Virus record (IMG/VR): IMGVR_UViG_3300030372_004122
Coordinates: 1-26,481 of that record
From: a virus
Lineage: Duplodnaviria; Caudoviricetes
DNA: 26,481 nucleotides
Strand: one strand, 5' to 3'
A model generated the notes under the pieces. That model ran no database searches. It was not told where the DNA came from and was given only the letters and a program-made list of their open reading frames with translations. Position 1 is the first letter of the stretch, and each line of letters begins with the position of its first letter. Shown here piece by piece: positions 25,917-26,481 of this stretch. The position numbers and the translations under genes are program-made.

Positions 25917-26217
25917 TATTCCTTATCTTTATTCGCTACTTCATTTCCGAAAGCCTTAAACAATTCTGCCAAGCCCATGCTGACGGGCATAGATAAAACT
26001 GCTAAAGCGGTGAGAAGGCCTTCAATAGATCCGAGTACCTCTGGGTTGTCTGTTGCTGAATATATGACGGGGTCAGATACGCGCCCCAAGCGCTAACCAT
26101 ACAATCGGGACGCATAACCACAGGAACGAAGATTATGCCAACTAATAATTGAACCCCGGTGATCGTTGTTCCTGAGTCGTTGGCCTTTTTTGGTTTTTCG
26201 TCTTGCTCTGTAGTCAT
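25916..26217 (-). pseudogene. Holin-like two-TM membrane protein interrupted by two 10-bp insertions
   Basis: Removing 26106-26115 and 26066-26075 gives a clean 93-aa ORF: ...GVQLLVGIIFVPVV|IVWLALGARI|IYSATDNPEVLGSIEGLLTALAVLSMPVSMGLAELFKAF...; AGGAGGT RBS; follows the muramidase. Confidence 0.72.
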
Positions 26218-26233
26218 TCTCTACACCTCCTTT

Positions 26234-26481
26234 CTATCCCTCCGTGGGATCGCATGACCAGAGCCGAAAGCTCTCGCCCGATATTTTCCAAATGAGATAT
26301 GCCACTTGGGCGTTGTCTTCGGGATCGGTTAAGTCGTAACCGTCGGCGAGGTCGGCCCAGTATCTTGTGTTGATTTGGAACAGGCCGATCGATGGCCCGA
26401 GTGCCAGGTCGCCGACCGCGTCGGCCCGTCCGGCTGATTCACACATCACCAGTTTGTACAATTTGATCTGCATGCTCTTGT
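26234..26481 (-). CDS. SLT/lysozyme-like transglycosylase domain (5' partial)
   Basis: CES catalytic Glu motif, GLFQIN, DPEDN; frame open to the window edge. Confidence 0.85.
   Translation of the reverse strand, partial: KSMQIKLYKLVMCESAGRADAVGDLALGPSIGLFQINTRYWADLADGYDLTDPEDNAQVAYLIWKISGESFRLWSCDPTEG

Noticed and set aside
1-26481. Host taxon assignment; DGR, retron or other RT-based system
   Set aside because: No host genes in the window; no reverse transcriptase or TR/VR pair seen

Overview
About 26.5 kb of a temperate, long-tailed (siphovirus-like) phage with an HK97-type capsid. It is in the non-integrated configuration: an intact attP with phage genes on both sides and a core that looks like the 3' end of a tRNA-Trp. 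Reading the minus strand from right to left: lysis-like genes (SLT-type muramidase, frameshifted holin-like gene, thermonuclease), attP, a plus-strand lysogeny block (XRE repressor, ImmA-like gene, tyrosine integrase), early and replication genes (Cro/Xis-like HTH, AAA helicase plus a likely origin), two DNA methyltransferases, HNH, resolvase, terL, terS, then portal, protease, capsid, neck and tail genes. The most unusual part lies between terminase and portal (about 11.6-14.2 kb). It holds an opposite-strand island of five small orphan genes, a non-CRISPR array of four 54-bp units that each carry a 38-bp dyad, a third inverted copy of the attP arm-type repeat 11.6 kb from attP, an unannotated 37-aa Mu Com-like zinc finger, and a terS ribosome-binding site split by a hairpin. 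All product calls come from reading motifs and gene order by eye; no searches were run.
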